Positions 49,225 to 60,203 of a stretch of DNA of 64,000 nt are shown here, one piece after another. How positions within the stretch are numbered: position 1 is the stretch's first letter; each line of letters starts with the position of its first letter. The stretch comes from a virus. Below the pieces are notes generated by a model, which was not told where the DNA came from, did no database searches, and was given only the letters and a program-made list of their open reading frames with translations. The stretch covers positions 13,292-77,291 of the IMG/VR virus record IMGVR_UViG_3300032053_000040; one strand, given 5' to 3'. The position numbers were made by a program, and so were the translations under genes.

Positions 49225-51042
49225 GTGGGGGCGATAGAAATTGTAGCAAAAGCAGCATCAAACAAACCAGCTAAGTTAAGGTCATCAAAACGAACTGATT
49301 TCCCGCTGATCAAATCTTTTTTCTCGAGATCCAAAGGCGGATCGGAGATCCTGGCGATCCAGGAGATCATAGGTAAAGGCATCCGAGAGTTCCTGATCAC
49401 GGAGATCTCACCAGAGAACAGGTTTGCCTTCTATCGGTCGATGGAATCGTTAGACCCAGAGCTACTGATCGCCAGGAACTATATCTCTCTGATGATCCAC
49501 CGAAATTTTCTCGGCATGGCACTCGACACAGTGGATCCGTCCTATATGCCTTCACCCGATTTCCTTGCCCGCGTGAACTCAATCCTGGCCGAACTCAAGT
49601 TCACTTCGAAACTGTTCCCTCTGATGAAAGATTTCGTCCGGGGCAATGCGTTCGCTAGGATAATCAGAAGCGACGTAGACAACCATATCAAAGATGTCGA
49701 GATCCTGCCGGCCGATTCAATAACGATAGTCTCCGAGGAGTTCACGACCACAAAGAAGAAGAGTATCCTGATCACCGAGGCGGATTATTACATAATTAAC
49801 GAGCAGAAGGACGTTAACAGAGAGAAGTATCCTATCGATCCCAACCGCGTGGAGGGGCCAGAGGTCGAGAATGATGAGATCTTGCCTGAAATAATCCTCT
49901 CTCCCGCGAACATGATTCATTTTGCCTGGGATGCAGAAGCCAACGCTTGCAAGGACAAGTTAGGCCGAGACACGTATAACATCTGGGGCAAATCGCCTTA
50001 CGACTCGATTGTAGTCTACGTAAAAGCCAAACTGATGATCATGACCGACTACCTACGATGGGTCCGTATGGGGATCCCGAGGTGGACGGCAAGCGTAGAC
50101 ATGTCCCTCTTGAGCGATCTTAATCAGTATACCGGGACAGACGACGAACGAGTAGTTCTGGCGGAAAGGCAAGGCAAGGAGCTCTTTGACAAGATTGAAG
50201 AGAGTTTCTACTATCTAGACCAGGACGAAGAGAGCCCGACTTTTGACAAGAAACTACCTGTCGAACCGGATGCTATATTCTTCCATACCAGCGATCTCAC
50301 ATTCGAGCAGAAGGGCGGCGCCAACTCTCCAGACGTCCAGATCCTCGGTATAACGCAGGAGTGCAATAGGGCGATAGCTTCGGCAATGGGCGTGCCGATG
50401 TCGTTGCTAGGTTATGAGGAAGGCTCCACCTATGCGATTGGTCGTGTTACTTCTCGGTTCACAAGTGGCATAGGCGGAGGGCTCCTAAGATCACTCGAGG
50501 ACACCCTCATCACGTTCCTGAAACGGGAGTTCACTCAACGAGGCTGGGCAACGTCTCCCAAAGACTGGGATAACCTCTACACGGACTACGAGCGCGACGA
50601 TACTGAAGAACTCATGGCCGTCCAGGCGGCTGAGACTGCCAAGGCAACGGCGATCAACTCTATAGCGACGGCTGCCAGGACGTGTTACGAGGGTAGCTTG
50701 CTGACCAAAAACGAGTCCCGGGCCCTGCTCAGAGACGGCCTGTCATCTCTCGAAGGCCTTCCGGACGTCGTGGGCGGAGATGAGTTCAAACCCTTGCAGC
50801 CCCTCGTCTCTCCCTCGCCGAACTACTTCATGCCGGCCGTAGAGAGGTCGAACCAGCCCCTATCCGGCGACGTCCAGCCCGGCCAACCCGGATCCGAGCC
50901 GGACCATCCGACCCTCCCCAAGGATCAGCCCTCTATGGAGGCGGGCGTCAAGGCCGGTCTGCTCGATAGCTACACCTGGTTCATCGAAGAGGTTGCCAGG
51001 AAAGCCGAGGAGGGGAAACTTCAACCACAGTCGAAGGGGTAG
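49225..51042 (+). CDS. Portal protein
   Basis: GNAFARI...LPADSI...MIHF...WGKSP...IASAMGVPMSLLG; synteny. Confidence 0.88.
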   Translation: MGAIEIVAKAASNKPAKLRSSKRTDFPLIKSFFSRSKGGSEILAIQEIIGKGIREFLITEISPENRFAFYRSMESLDPELLIARNYISLMIHRNFLGMALDTVDPSYMPSPDFLARVNSILAELKFTSKLFPLMKDFVRGNAFARIIRSDVDNHIKDVEILPADSITIVSEEFTTTKKKSILITEADYYIINEQKDVNREKYPIDPNRVEGPEVENDEILPEIILSPANMIHFAWDAEANACKDKLGRDTYNIWGKSPYDSIVVYVKAKLMIMTDYLRWVRMGIPRWTASVDMSLLSDLNQYTGTDDERVVLAERQGKELFDKIEESFYYLDQDEESPTFDKKLPVEPDAIFFHTSDLTFEQKGGANSPDVQILGITQECNRAIASAMGVPMSLLGYEEGSTYAIGRVTSRFTSGIGGGLLRSLEDTLITFLKREFTQRGWATSPKDWDNLYTDYERDDTEELMAVQAAETAKATAINSIATAARTCYEGSLLTKNESRALLRDGLSSLEGLPDVVGGDEFKPLQPLVSPSPNYFMPAVERSNQPLSGDVQPGQPGSEPDHPTLPKDQPSMEAGVKAGLLDSYTWFIEEVARKAEEGKLQPQSKG

Positions 51043-51263
51043 TCGATGCCCAAGCCGAACGAAGATGCCAGGAAGTCAAGCCCCGGGGCGTGGCTCTATA
51101 AGAACTACGAGCTCTACCATGCCAGGGCGTTGGTACTCGAAATCTTCGGTCGTACCTTCTCTGATGTCGCAGCCGTTCGGTATTACAGACGTTATGTAAA
51201 ACGAGAACCCGCATCATATGCCAAACGAAGCAGGACGAACATGCTAAAGAAAGCCTGGTTAAC

Positions 51264-52721
51264 ATGGTCAACGTTGGAACACCCGTAGCTAACCCAGAGA
51301 TTGCGAAAGCTCTCGACGGCCTGAACAACCGGTTCGAGCTTAACCTGGTCGAACACTTCGAACGAGCTTATGGCTACGGGTTCGCTCAGGCAACCAAAGA
51401 GGCCGCCGGGTACTACCCGCCCCAACTCCAGGGCCCAGACGTAGGCCGGCTGGTAGGTGTTGCTAAACAGATGACGCAACCCATGAAAGATTATAACCAG
51501 GCGCTGGCCTCGAAAGTAGAGGGGATGCTAACCACGATGATCGAGGAAGGCAAATCTCCAGGGTACATCGCCAGGGAACTCAGGTCCAGCATCCCCGATT
51601 TCCTCAAGAACGAGCCAGTCAAAATCCAACGTCCCGGGAAGAATCCGGTCATGTTCACGGCTGAATCCTACGCTGATATGGTTTCTCAAGTAGTTCCCTA
51701 CAAACTCCGAAACGAGGGGTACGTCTCCAGGCTCAAGCAGGGCGGCGTAGCTGATGGCTGGGAATGGATAGCTACGGAAGACGAACGGATGTGTCCGGAG
51801 TGTGGAGAGAAAAATGGCAAAATCTTCACCTTCAACGACCCAACGCCGCCAGCCCACAATGGCTGCCGGTGCAGGCCCAAAGGCCACTACACGAAATCGC
51901 TAGAGGAGCTTGCGAAAGAGGTGGAGGAAGCTGAAGAGAGGATGCCCCCCTCCAGGCCCGTCGACGTCCCCCCTCCACAAGAGATGGCCGCACCAGGGAT
52001 AGACGTTCCCATGCCGCTTCTGGAGAGCAAAGAGATAGATTTTGAGAAGAGTCCTACAGTTAATCGATATCTAAAAGAAATGAGTGAAGCACAAACCACT
52101 CCGACGGCGACTCCAAACGATACGGTGCTTGAGGGGTTGGCCAAAGAAGCCGGTTTCGACCTCCCTCCGATAAAAGTAAACGATAAAGAGCTTGACGAGA
52201 TAATAAAAGCTGGACATCGAGAACTTTATCGAGGAGTTACAAACGAGGCATATGCAAATGATTTTATAAACGGAGAATATTTTGGTGGCAAAGGCGTATG
52301 GGGGAATGGAACCTACACAGCATATGGTTATAAGGAGATCCCAGGGATACCAGCCAAAGATTGGGGCAATTATGGAAAAATTGTTGCCGATGTGTTTGCC
52401 AAAGGAAACGAAAAATGTATAATAAGAATGGCATTAGATAAAAACGCAAAGGCAATTCAAATTCAAGATCTTGAGAAATTGGTAGCCAAGGATTACTCAC
52501 GATACACTGATGCAATGTTCAAGAAAGTACATGCCATGCAAGACGCGGGCGTTGATTTTAATACAATTCACAAGTTGCAAAGTAAAATTACAGCAGGTTC
52601 AAATATAATTTCCGATCCTGGTCGTGTAGCATTAATGTATGGATATGATGCGATTGATGTGCCTCAAAATGGATACATGATTATATTAAACCGCAAAGCT
52701 CTATACGTGGTAGGTAAATAA
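51264..52721 (+). CDS. MuF/SPP1 gp7-like minor head protein with C-terminal toxin-like extension
   Basis: WIATEDERMCPEC...PPAHNGCRC; C-terminal LYRG...GKGVWGNGTY...GYDAI. Confidence 0.85.
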   Translation: MVNVGTPVANPEIAKALDGLNNRFELNLVEHFERAYGYGFAQATKEAAGYYPPQLQGPDVGRLVGVAKQMTQPMKDYNQALASKVEGMLTTMIEEGKSPGYIARELRSSIPDFLKNEPVKIQRPGKNPVMFTAESYADMVSQVVPYKLRNEGYVSRLKQGGVADGWEWIATEDERMCPECGEKNGKIFTFNDPTPPAHNGCRCRPKGHYTKSLEELAKEVEEAEERMPPSRPVDVPPPQEMAAPGIDVPMPLLESKEIDFEKSPTVNRYLKEMSEAQTTPTATPNDTVLEGLAKEAGFDLPPIKVNDKELDEIIKAGHRELYRGVTNEAYANDFINGEYFGGKGVWGNGTYTAYGYKEIPGIPAKDWGNYGKIVADVFAKGNEKCIIRMALDKNAKAIQIQDLEKLVAKDYSRYTDAMFKKVHAMQDAGVDFNTIHKLQSKITAGSNIISDPGRVALMYGYDAIDVPQNGYMIILNRKALYVVGK

Positions 52722-52970
52722 ATGAATCCGGAGTTAAGTCGTAGGGTGGCTAAAGTTATCGACATCATGGTTATGCTAGGCCTCTCGATGGACGATCGTA
52801 TGGCTCTTGCACAGAGGGTCGATAGTACAGACTCTTTTGAAGATCTCCCTCTCAACGACCAGAAGAGCATCCTGGCAGCCGAAAAGCTCGTGGCATCCGG
52901 GAAGACCTTGCAGCAGATCATGGAGATCGCCATTGTAACCAATCCCGATTATGATATCTTACAAAAATGA
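52722..52970 (+). CDS. Small helical protein (candidate immunity or partner of the MuF extension)
   Basis: Starts directly after the MuF stop codon. Confidence 0.45.
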   Translation: MNPELSRRVAKVIDIMVMLGLSMDDRMALAQRVDSTDSFEDLPLNDQKSILAAEKLVASGKTLQQIMEIAIVTNPDYDILQK

Positions 52971-53330
52971 AACTCGCGAGGGATACTGATTACAAATGTC
53001 CGACACTAGGCGCGGCAAGAAGGCTCGTCGAGCACTTCGTTGGGCATCCCGTCGAGATGCAGCCAATGCAAGACGACGAGAAGAGCTATCTGCTAAACCT
53101 CAAAGGTCTTCAGTACCTAAAAGGCAACGTGATATGGACAAACGACTTCATGGAATGGCACGTCCACAGTCGCACGATTCTAAACCTAAGACGACAAACG
53201 CGAGGTCTGATATGAACAAAGTTATGGATTACGACGAGTCTTTTGAGGCCAGGGCCTTTCGAGGCATGAAGTTTCTCGAAGATGATTATCTGGCTCTCAA
53301 GGAGCTCACGCCAGAACAGATCAAATACTA

Positions 53331-54374
53331 TTGCGAGGGACGATGGATGTAGATGTGACCATTATCATAAAATCTAAGTCAGTCGATGCGTCCAGGATTC
53401 TCAGCATGATTGCAGCACTAAAAAGCGATACAGACATCTCGATAGGTTCATCGGCCACGGTGCCTAATGTACCCAGGAATACAGTTCCGCATGATATTTC
53501 TCCCCAAACCGAGCAGGATTCTAAAGAAACTGAGAAAGTCCCGGCCGGACCCTGCTCCCCCGACTCTAGCCCAGCGCAAGTCGCTCATCCAGAGATCGTA
53601 GAGGTTCCTAAAGCTAAAAAAAAGGAGAAAGTTGCCCCCAAGACCCCAGAATCCCCCGAGCCCGGGAGGAATAAGTATGGTAGGTGGGACCAAGACATGA
53701 CTCCCGAGATCGATGCAGAGATCGAGCGTCTGAATATTGAAGGCTCGACGGCGAGAGAAATCTCAGGGAAGCGTGCCGCCCAGGGCATCATGATCACCTG
53801 GCAGCGGGTGCGGGGAAGAATTGCATATATGGCCCGTAAACAGCGTCAGAAAAAGGCGATTCCGGAGATAACTGAAGAGGTAGATTCTGAGGTAACTCTC
53901 GAAACACTCGATGCCGCCCTAGATAGGCGGATCATGGAAATGTACTCCCGGCCGACATGCAAGGAGATCTCAGCAGAGCTTGAGCGAGAAGGCATCGATC
54001 TTGCCCCGAAGGAGATCTCCCAGCGGGTCAAGGAGATCCAGCTCCGGAAGATAGGCGAGAAGGTCGGGCAGACGATTGAAAAGCAAGTTCCCACACAGGC
54101 GAACGTAGCCGAGAGCATCCCCGCGCCCATAGAAGAGACTCACCCCGAACCCGTGCAGGAATGCGCAGCGCTGCAGGCAGATGGCGGGCCACAGAAAGAG
54201 GACACTCCTGAGAGATTCGTCACTCCCTCAAAAATAAGCGGCACAATCTGGGATCTGACCAACGCCGGCCTGACGCCCAAGGATATTTCCGAGCATCTCA
54301 ATTTGAAAGGGCTCATGTGGACCGAAGAGATGGTCGAAAGGCGGCTTGAAAAGATAAAATGTGGAGCAGCATGA
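53331..54374 (+). CDS. Protein with repeated HTH-like units and a Pro-rich linker
   Basis: Three (G.T)..EIS..L...G units. Confidence 0.55.
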   Translation: MRGTMDVDVTIIIKSKSVDASRILSMIAALKSDTDISIGSSATVPNVPRNTVPHDISPQTEQDSKETEKVPAGPCSPDSSPAQVAHPEIVEVPKAKKKEKVAPKTPESPEPGRNKYGRWDQDMTPEIDAEIERLNIEGSTAREISGKRAAQGIMITWQRVRGRIAYMARKQRQKKAIPEITEEVDSEVTLETLDAALDRRIMEMYSRPTCKEISAELEREGIDLAPKEISQRVKEIQLRKIGEKVGQTIEKQVPTQANVAESIPAPIEETHPEPVQECAALQADGGPQKEDTPERFVTPSKISGTIWDLTNAGLTPKDISEHLNLKGLMWTEEMVERRLEKIKCGAA

Positions 54375-54540
54375 GGGCCATCGTGCCCATGAACCAGGGT
54401 GGCCTAGAGATCTGCGGCAATTGTATTTTCTGGGAAGCCCTTAAGGGCTTTGGAGATCTTGGTGTATGCCCGGCCAAAAGAGCCCGAGGGGACAAATGCA
54501 CTACGACCAATCGCAACCAGCTTTGCAACGAGGAGACAGT

Positions 54541-54699
54541 ATGCCAGTAAGATCCTGCTCAGAAAACAATCGCCCGGGATACCGATGGGGCGAAGAAGGA
54601 AAGTGCTACACTTATAAAAAGGGGGATAAAGAAGGTGCTTCGAGGGCCCGCGCCAGGGCCGAACGCCAGGGAGCAGCCGTCGAGGCTAACAGGAGGTGA
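54541..54699 (+). CDS. Small conserved head-module protein
   Basis: MPVRSC...GYRWGEEGKCYTY...AERQGAA. Confidence 0.6.
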   Translation: MPVRSCSENNRPGYRWGEEGKCYTYKKGDKEGASRARARAERQGAAVEANRR

Positions 54700-55163
54700 A
54701 CATATGCAAAAGATTTCAGAGGTTATTGATAAACTGAGGTCTGAAGTCGCCTTTGAATTATCGAGCATTGCTTTTTTAATTGGTGGCTCGTTTTATAAAA
54801 AAAGGCAATACGAACTTGCAAAGCTTTTGTGGGATAGTATATGAATGACGAAGATATGCACGGCACCTTGAAGTTAGCCATAAACGATGTTCTAAGTAGT
54901 GGCAACTGTGCCTGCATCCAAATCCGATCCGAACGAGGAGTACATATCTTCCGACTCGGCGAATGTACTCCGCTCTGCGCTCGCTTCCATCAGTGCGTAA
55001 TGTATGACGAAAAGGAGAAGATACCAGAACCGCAGTCGCCAGTAGGTTTCAACCTGAACGAAGTAAGCTAAGAGGGAAAAAACGTATTTATAGGGCCATC
55101 GCGCAAAAAAGGATATAATCTGAAAACAATTTTTGGTAGGGGAGTGGGGGCTCTCCAAAATAC

Positions 55164-56804
55164 ATGGCCGAGATAGTCTCAAGGACACATCACGTTACTA
55201 ACATCAAGTTAGTTCAGTTAGGTGATTGGCCTGCTCAGGATACTAATATCCAACCTAATGCAGTCGAGATGAGACTCTCGGTGACTTATCCGGAGAATTT
55301 CAGGCTCAAATTTCTCGAAGCAACTGCCATCAAGGAGGGGGTTTGGAAAGAGGTTTTCGAGTCTGCGGCAGTCCTCAAGGGTGCGGCCTCATCTCTACTG
55401 GGCAAGTACCTTTTGTGGGGTCATCCTGAAGTCGATTCTCAACCGAATTATCCGGACGTTGCTCTAGGGCAAGTGATTGGCGTCCAATTCGATGATGAAA
55501 CCACCAGCACTAAAGTTCTCATAGCTGGCTGGGAGAACAGGATGCCGCCAGATCTCCTGGAACGTTTGGAGAAAGGCGATCCTCTCGGCGTCTCCGTAGG
55601 CCAGGTGGATTTCATGCACGAAAATGGAGGCGTATTCGACGAGAAGAATTATAAATATACAGTATCAAAAATATATTATGATCATATTGCTATCGTGCCC
55701 ATCGGGGCGTGTCAGATTAAAGATGGTTGTTTGTTAAAAGCAAAAACAAACGCAAAAGCGAATCCAATAGTTGCGAAATCGAAGTTGAAGTTGAAGTTGA
55801 ACGAGAAACAAGAAGGTGTGGAGATGGGAATGGGAAAGAAGAGTACCAAGAATCCTGCTACGAAGACCTGTCATCAGGACGAGCCGGGTGGTGGAGGATC
55901 AGTTGAGCCCCCTCCGGCCGCGAAGCCTGCGTTCGGATCACCAGAAGCTCTCGAAGAGTACGTCAAGGCTCAGTCGGCTCTGACCGACAAAGAACTGATG
56001 TTCTCACAGCTCGAGATGGCGATGGATTATGTCATGAACACGATCCTGACTAATGCCTCGAACGCATTTGATGCGGGCGATGCAGACTCTATCGTAGAGA
56101 TCCTGAACTGGGCCGTCGAGCAGTGGAAAGCCGGAGCAGTTCTGATGAACCCGGTCGAAGCAGCTCCAGTGGAGGAAACAGTTCCTAATGAGGTTACCGG
56201 TGAGAATATGAACATGGCATGGAAATCTGAGAAGAGTAAGAAAAGTCAGAAAGCTCCGGACAAGCTCCTCTATCCTGTAGTCAACAAGACGGAAGAGGGG
56301 AAGATCAGCATATCCTGGAGTGCAACAGTAGACCCAGAAGAGGCCAAGAAGGCCTTCGAAAATATCATAGGCGAGATGGAGCTATCCCTGGCAGACCTAC
56401 AGAAGAAGGCCGGCCTGACGGATGGCGCTGAGAAGGTTGCCAGAAGCATATTGATCGACGCCTTGAAGGGGGCCATGCCTGGCCTGAAGGATATGGCCAG
56501 GTACGAGACGATGCCTCTGGACATCCTCCAGGGTATCGTGGGCGATATCGTAGGTTCTTCGAAGCCTGCGGTTGATGTAACCAACCCAGGAATCGGGGCT
56601 ACGCCAATCGAAGGCGCTCCTTCCGCACCATCTCCCGCACCGACAGTAACCCTTCCAACTCCGGCACCGTCTCCAGCTCCATCCCCTTCTGTAAAATCTC
56701 CGACACCAATCACGCTTCAGAAGCCATCTCCGACAAAGGGTGGCGGCGAGACCTACCTGGAGCTCAAGAAACGGATGGAGAAGGAACTGAAAACGTCGAT
56801 CTGA
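55164..56804 (+). CDS. Prohead protease/scaffold fusion (DUF2213-like)
   Basis: WGHP...GVSVG...DHIAIVPIGAC...GC; helical and Pro-rich C-terminus. Confidence 0.8.
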   Translation: MAEIVSRTHHVTNIKLVQLGDWPAQDTNIQPNAVEMRLSVTYPENFRLKFLEATAIKEGVWKEVFESAAVLKGAASSLLGKYLLWGHPEVDSQPNYPDVALGQVIGVQFDDETTSTKVLIAGWENRMPPDLLERLEKGDPLGVSVGQVDFMHENGGVFDEKNYKYTVSKIYYDHIAIVPIGACQIKDGCLLKAKTNAKANPIVAKSKLKLKLNEKQEGVEMGMGKKSTKNPATKTCHQDEPGGGGSVEPPPAAKPAFGSPEALEEYVKAQSALTDKELMFSQLEMAMDYVMNTILTNASNAFDAGDADSIVEILNWAVEQWKAGAVLMNPVEAAPVEETVPNEVTGENMNMAWKSEKSKKSQKAPDKLLYPVVNKTEEGKISISWSATVDPEEAKKAFENIIGEMELSLADLQKKAGLTDGAEKVARSILIDALKGAMPGLKDMARYETMPLDILQGIVGDIVGSSKPAVDVTNPGIGATPIEGAPSAPSPAPTVTLPTPAPSPAPSPSVKSPTPITLQKPSPTKGGGETYLELKKRMEKELKTSI

Positions 56805-56902
56805 ATGTGAAGGTGACAAATCATGTTCACGCTTGTTCTAGGTTGATAAGATAACATTCCGCAACGAATATAGAAACAATTCTAAGGAGAGTGGGGGAAT
56901 AA

Positions 56903-57511
56903 ATGGCATTAACTGGTGAGGTCGCTGGCGATCTACGTCTCGGCATGACACGCATAACTGCGTGGCTGTTCGAAGGCAACATGACGCCAACGTCCGTATT
57001 CAGCCGAACTGGCCTCAAGAGAGAAGACCAGGTGGCAATTGAGAAAGAGATAGTCGAGGGGGAGCTCGTCGAGTTCTTCGACAACGCTGCGCTGACCTAT
57101 GTGGCAACGGGCGGTCTGCCTGTAGTCCAGAAGATATCCGGCAGCGGCGCAAAGTATGTAGCTAGGGTAATTGAGATCCATCCATATGAGGACTGTCCTG
57201 CTGCGGCCATGACAGACCTGGGCCTGATGCTGGCTGGCAAGAACCTCCGGAAGGCTACAATTGAGCCGGTCGGAATGGTCGGAATGATGACCCTCGAGGT
57301 CACCGTCGAGGACCACGACGGGGCATACACGCTGGCAGTCGGAGTACCGGCATCTCTTGCCTGGGACCAGAGTGCAGGCAAGTTTATGTACGGAGCAGGG
57401 ACGAACAACAAGCTTGTGCCTCTGCACCGCATAACCGGGTCTACTTCGGTCGACGTCGTGGCCCCTGTCCTGGTTGGAGTGGGGATGCAAACCATTGAGG
57501 TAGTCACTTAG
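56903..57511 (+). CDS. Capsid decoration/cement protein
   Basis: Beta-rich 202-aa ORF between protease and capsid genes. Confidence 0.55.
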   Translation: MALTGEVAGDLRLGMTRITAWLFEGNMTPTSVFSRTGLKREDQVAIEKEIVEGELVEFFDNAALTYVATGGLPVVQKISGSGAKYVARVIEIHPYEDCPAAAMTDLGLMLAGKNLRKATIEPVGMVGMMTLEVTVEDHDGAYTLAVGVPASLAWDQSAGKFMYGAGTNNKLVPLHRITGSTSVDVVAPVLVGVGMQTIEVVT

Positions 57512-57523
57512 GAGGGATAGAAG

Positions 57524-58525
57524 ATGGTAGACACTTACAAGGATATCGATGGCCTGCCTAACGACTACATCTGGCAGAAGGAGTTCATAGAGGGCTTCAT
57601 GATCGAGAAGTTCTCTAAGACGATGGAGTGGCTGGATTTCATCCCGAAGGTCGAGACGGATGCCGAAAGCATTGTAGGCTACAGGGAACAGTATTCCGCC
57701 GACACTGATCCGAAGAAGAGACTCCCCAGGAAGAGAACATCTGGCGCCGAGTTCGTAGTCGTGACAGCTTCTGACCTCCAGGAGATCTCGGCTATCGTGG
57801 CTCAGGCCGGATGGAGCGTAGTCTTCACGGAGAGGGCGAGAAGGTTCGCAAGAACCGACCGGGACATGGTCCGCCGGAGGCTGATGAGAATCATCAACTG
57901 GATGGGCGAGTACATGAACCGCGAGATCATAGCTTCCCTGACCAATGCCACGAAAGGCGTTGACAGAGAGACAAGCGGCATGAAGTTCTACGATAGGACA
58001 GTCGCAAAGTGGTCTGCGGAGACGGCCAACCCAGTTGACGACATGATCCTGATGAGCCAGGACATGGAGGATCACGCGCCAGGCTACAGGGCAACCGATT
58101 TCTTCGTCCACAAGGACAACTTTGCCGAGATGCTCCGGCACCTGATCAACCTGGACGTGGACAGGCCGACCAGGGAGGCTCTGTTCGGTATGCCGCAGGC
58201 CCAGATGGACAGTATCTATATTCCAGTGCTGGGCGCGACTATCCATAAGGTCCAGTACGGCCTGACCGAAGGCGACATCATGGCTATGGATCGCAGCATA
58301 ACTCCCGCGACGATGTACTACACGTACAACCCAGAGTACGCGCCCAAAGAGTTCGTACCGATGGAGAACGGCCAGACGCTCGACAACAACTTTGGCCTCC
58401 ACAGCCACAGATACCTCGAGGACAAGACTCACGAGCTAAACATCCAGCTCTGGCTTGAGAACACGATCATGGTCAAGGACGCGACAGCCGGCCTGTTCAT
58501 GCCTTCTGGATCATACGGAATCTAA
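57524..58525 (+). CDS. Major capsid protein (HK97 fold)
   Basis: 333 aa, synteny, KWSAETANPVDD..., strongly biased codons. Confidence 0.8.
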   Translation: MVDTYKDIDGLPNDYIWQKEFIEGFMIEKFSKTMEWLDFIPKVETDAESIVGYREQYSADTDPKKRLPRKRTSGAEFVVVTASDLQEISAIVAQAGWSVVFTERARRFARTDRDMVRRRLMRIINWMGEYMNREIIASLTNATKGVDRETSGMKFYDRTVAKWSAETANPVDDMILMSQDMEDHAPGYRATDFFVHKDNFAEMLRHLINLDVDRPTREALFGMPQAQMDSIYIPVLGATIHKVQYGLTEGDIMAMDRSITPATMYYTYNPEYAPKEFVPMENGQTLDNNFGLHSHRYLEDKTHELNIQLWLENTIMVKDATAGLFMPSGSYGI

Positions 58526-58545
58526 ATAGGCGGAGGCGATTCACA

Positions 58546-60096
58546 ATGGGATTTCTTAGAAAAGTCTCCAAGATAACCTCCGGCCTATTTTTCAGGTTCT
58601 CCGGCGTTCTCGACATGGGGTCCGAGAAGATAGTCAACGTAGCTGACGGGACGAATCCACAGGATGCAGCCACCAAAGCCCAGATAGACGCGATAGTAAC
58701 TGGAACCGGGTTCATGGCAGTCGATGGAACGACTCCCATGACGGGCGTTCTGAACATGAACACCCACAAGATCTCCGGAGTAGTCGATCCGACAGCTAAC
58801 CAAGAGGCAGCCACGAAGAAGTATGCCGATGACGTAGGCGGCCTCATGGTCAAGAAGGACGGCAGCGTAGCCATGACTGGCGCACTAGACCTAGGCACAC
58901 ACAAGATAAACAACGTAGTCGATCCAGCGGCCAACCAGGATGCTGCGACCAAGAAGTATGCTGACGACGTGGGCGCTTTGATGGTCAAGAAGGACGGCAC
59001 AGTTGCGATGACCGGAGCACTTGACTTGAGCACCCACAAGATCAACAACGTCGTAGATCCGGCAGCTAACCAGGATGCCGCCACCAAGAAGTACGTAGAC
59101 GACCAGATCGATGCCGTCAACGAAGATCTCCTGGCAGACGCGAAGACCTCAGTCCTACGACATGGCGTTGTAACCCTCATAGACGGAATCCTTGCCGTCA
59201 TATTCAAGGCAAGCTCGAAGGCTACAATCAAGGGGACCGAGCAGGAACCTTTCGACCTCACAGGGGTAGGCGATGGCGGGACTATTCTCGTAGAAGTAGA
59301 TGAGGAAGGCGAGAAGACTGCGACAGTCAACTTCTCTGCTGGCAAAAAGACAGGCGGGACAGCCGCATTGACTGATCTATCGCTCGAAACGGACACCAAG
59401 TTCAAGATCAGCGTAGACGACGACGAACCCGAAACGGTGACATGCGATTGGACGGGCTGCGTTACCGGCCTCCTGATAGCGGCCGAGATGGAGGAAAAGA
59501 TCCAGGCGAAGGGTGAAAAGAAGGCCTTAGTTACAGTCGCTTTCGACACCAACAAGTACGTCATAACATCGCCAACGCTCGGCAAGAACTCCTTGATCAG
59601 GATAACTGCGGCAGACGACCACGACTGTTGCGACGAACTACAGATCAGCGCGGACTATGGATCGTACACTGATGGAGCTGGAGACGTCGATGATGCCAGC
59701 GAGGTATATGCGTCCGAGATAGCAGCCGTCATAAACGGCGACATGACGGAGTTCGTTGATGCCGAGGACGACGACGGATACGTCCGGATAACCTCCAAGG
59801 TGGCCGGCCATGTATCATATCTGTTCATGGGCAACAGCACCCTCAAGACGGTGCTTGGTCTGGGACAGGGCAGAGAAGAGTTCGGCTTCGATGGCCTCGG
59901 GTACGACACCGACATGGCAGACGACGACTACACAGTCGTAGCAACCCTAAAGGATGCAGCTCAAGCAGGTCTAGGTCTTGTAGACAAGGGTCTCTCCATA
60001 ACCAACATCGGAACAGCAGGGTTCACGGTGGAATGCGAGGACGATACATCTGTTGATGACGTCTTCGTGCTCATAGCCGGCCTGGGAGCGAGCTAA
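58546..60096 (+). CDS. Virion fibre-like protein with 45-aa tandem repeats
   Basis: Repeats (K)DG..AMTG.L.L.THKI..V.DP.ANQDAATKKY.DD; acidic C-terminal domain. Confidence 0.7.
   Translation: MGFLRKVSKITSGLFFRFSGVLDMGSEKIVNVADGTNPQDAATKAQIDAIVTGTGFMAVDGTTPMTGVLNMNTHKISGVVDPTANQEAATKKYADDVGGLMVKKDGSVAMTGALDLGTHKINNVVDPAANQDAATKKYADDVGALMVKKDGTVAMTGALDLSTHKINNVVDPAANQDAATKKYVDDQIDAVNEDLLADAKTSVLRHGVVTLIDGILAVIFKASSKATIKGTEQEPFDLTGVGDGGTILVEVDEEGEKTATVNFSAGKKTGGTAALTDLSLETDTKFKISVDDDEPETVTCDWTGCVTGLLIAAEMEEKIQAKGEKKALVTVAFDTNKYVITSPTLGKNSLIRITAADDHDCCDELQISADYGSYTDGAGDVDDASEVYASEIAAVINGDMTEFVDAEDDDGYVRITSKVAGHVSYLFMGNSTLKTVLGLGQGREEFGFDGLGYDTDMADDDYTVVATLKDAAQAGLGLVDKGLSITNIGTAGFTVECEDDTSVDDVFVLIAGLGAS
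58606..59103 (+). repeat. ~3.5 tandem 135-bp coding repeats
   Basis: ATGGTCAAGAAGGACGGC at 58846 and 58981, with more divergent units upstream. Confidence 0.85.
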
Positions 60097-60203
60097 ACTA
60101 GGATAACGTAGTTGGGAGTGGGTTGGGTGGGGAGTACCCAGCCTCCCCCGTATTTTCCTTCTTGCGGGAGTAATTTAGTAGCTTAAAAACTGGAGAATTC
60201 CAA

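Noticed and set aside
56933-58432. 499-aa minus-strand ORF
   Set aside because: Shadow of the codon-biased decoration and capsid genes; no motifs or expression signals.
58497-59585. 362-aa minus-strand ORF with repeats
   Set aside because: Antisense mirror of the repeat fibre gene.
60098-60203. G/C hairpin after the fibre gene
   Set aside because: Adequately explained as a terminator or mRNA-stabilising stem.
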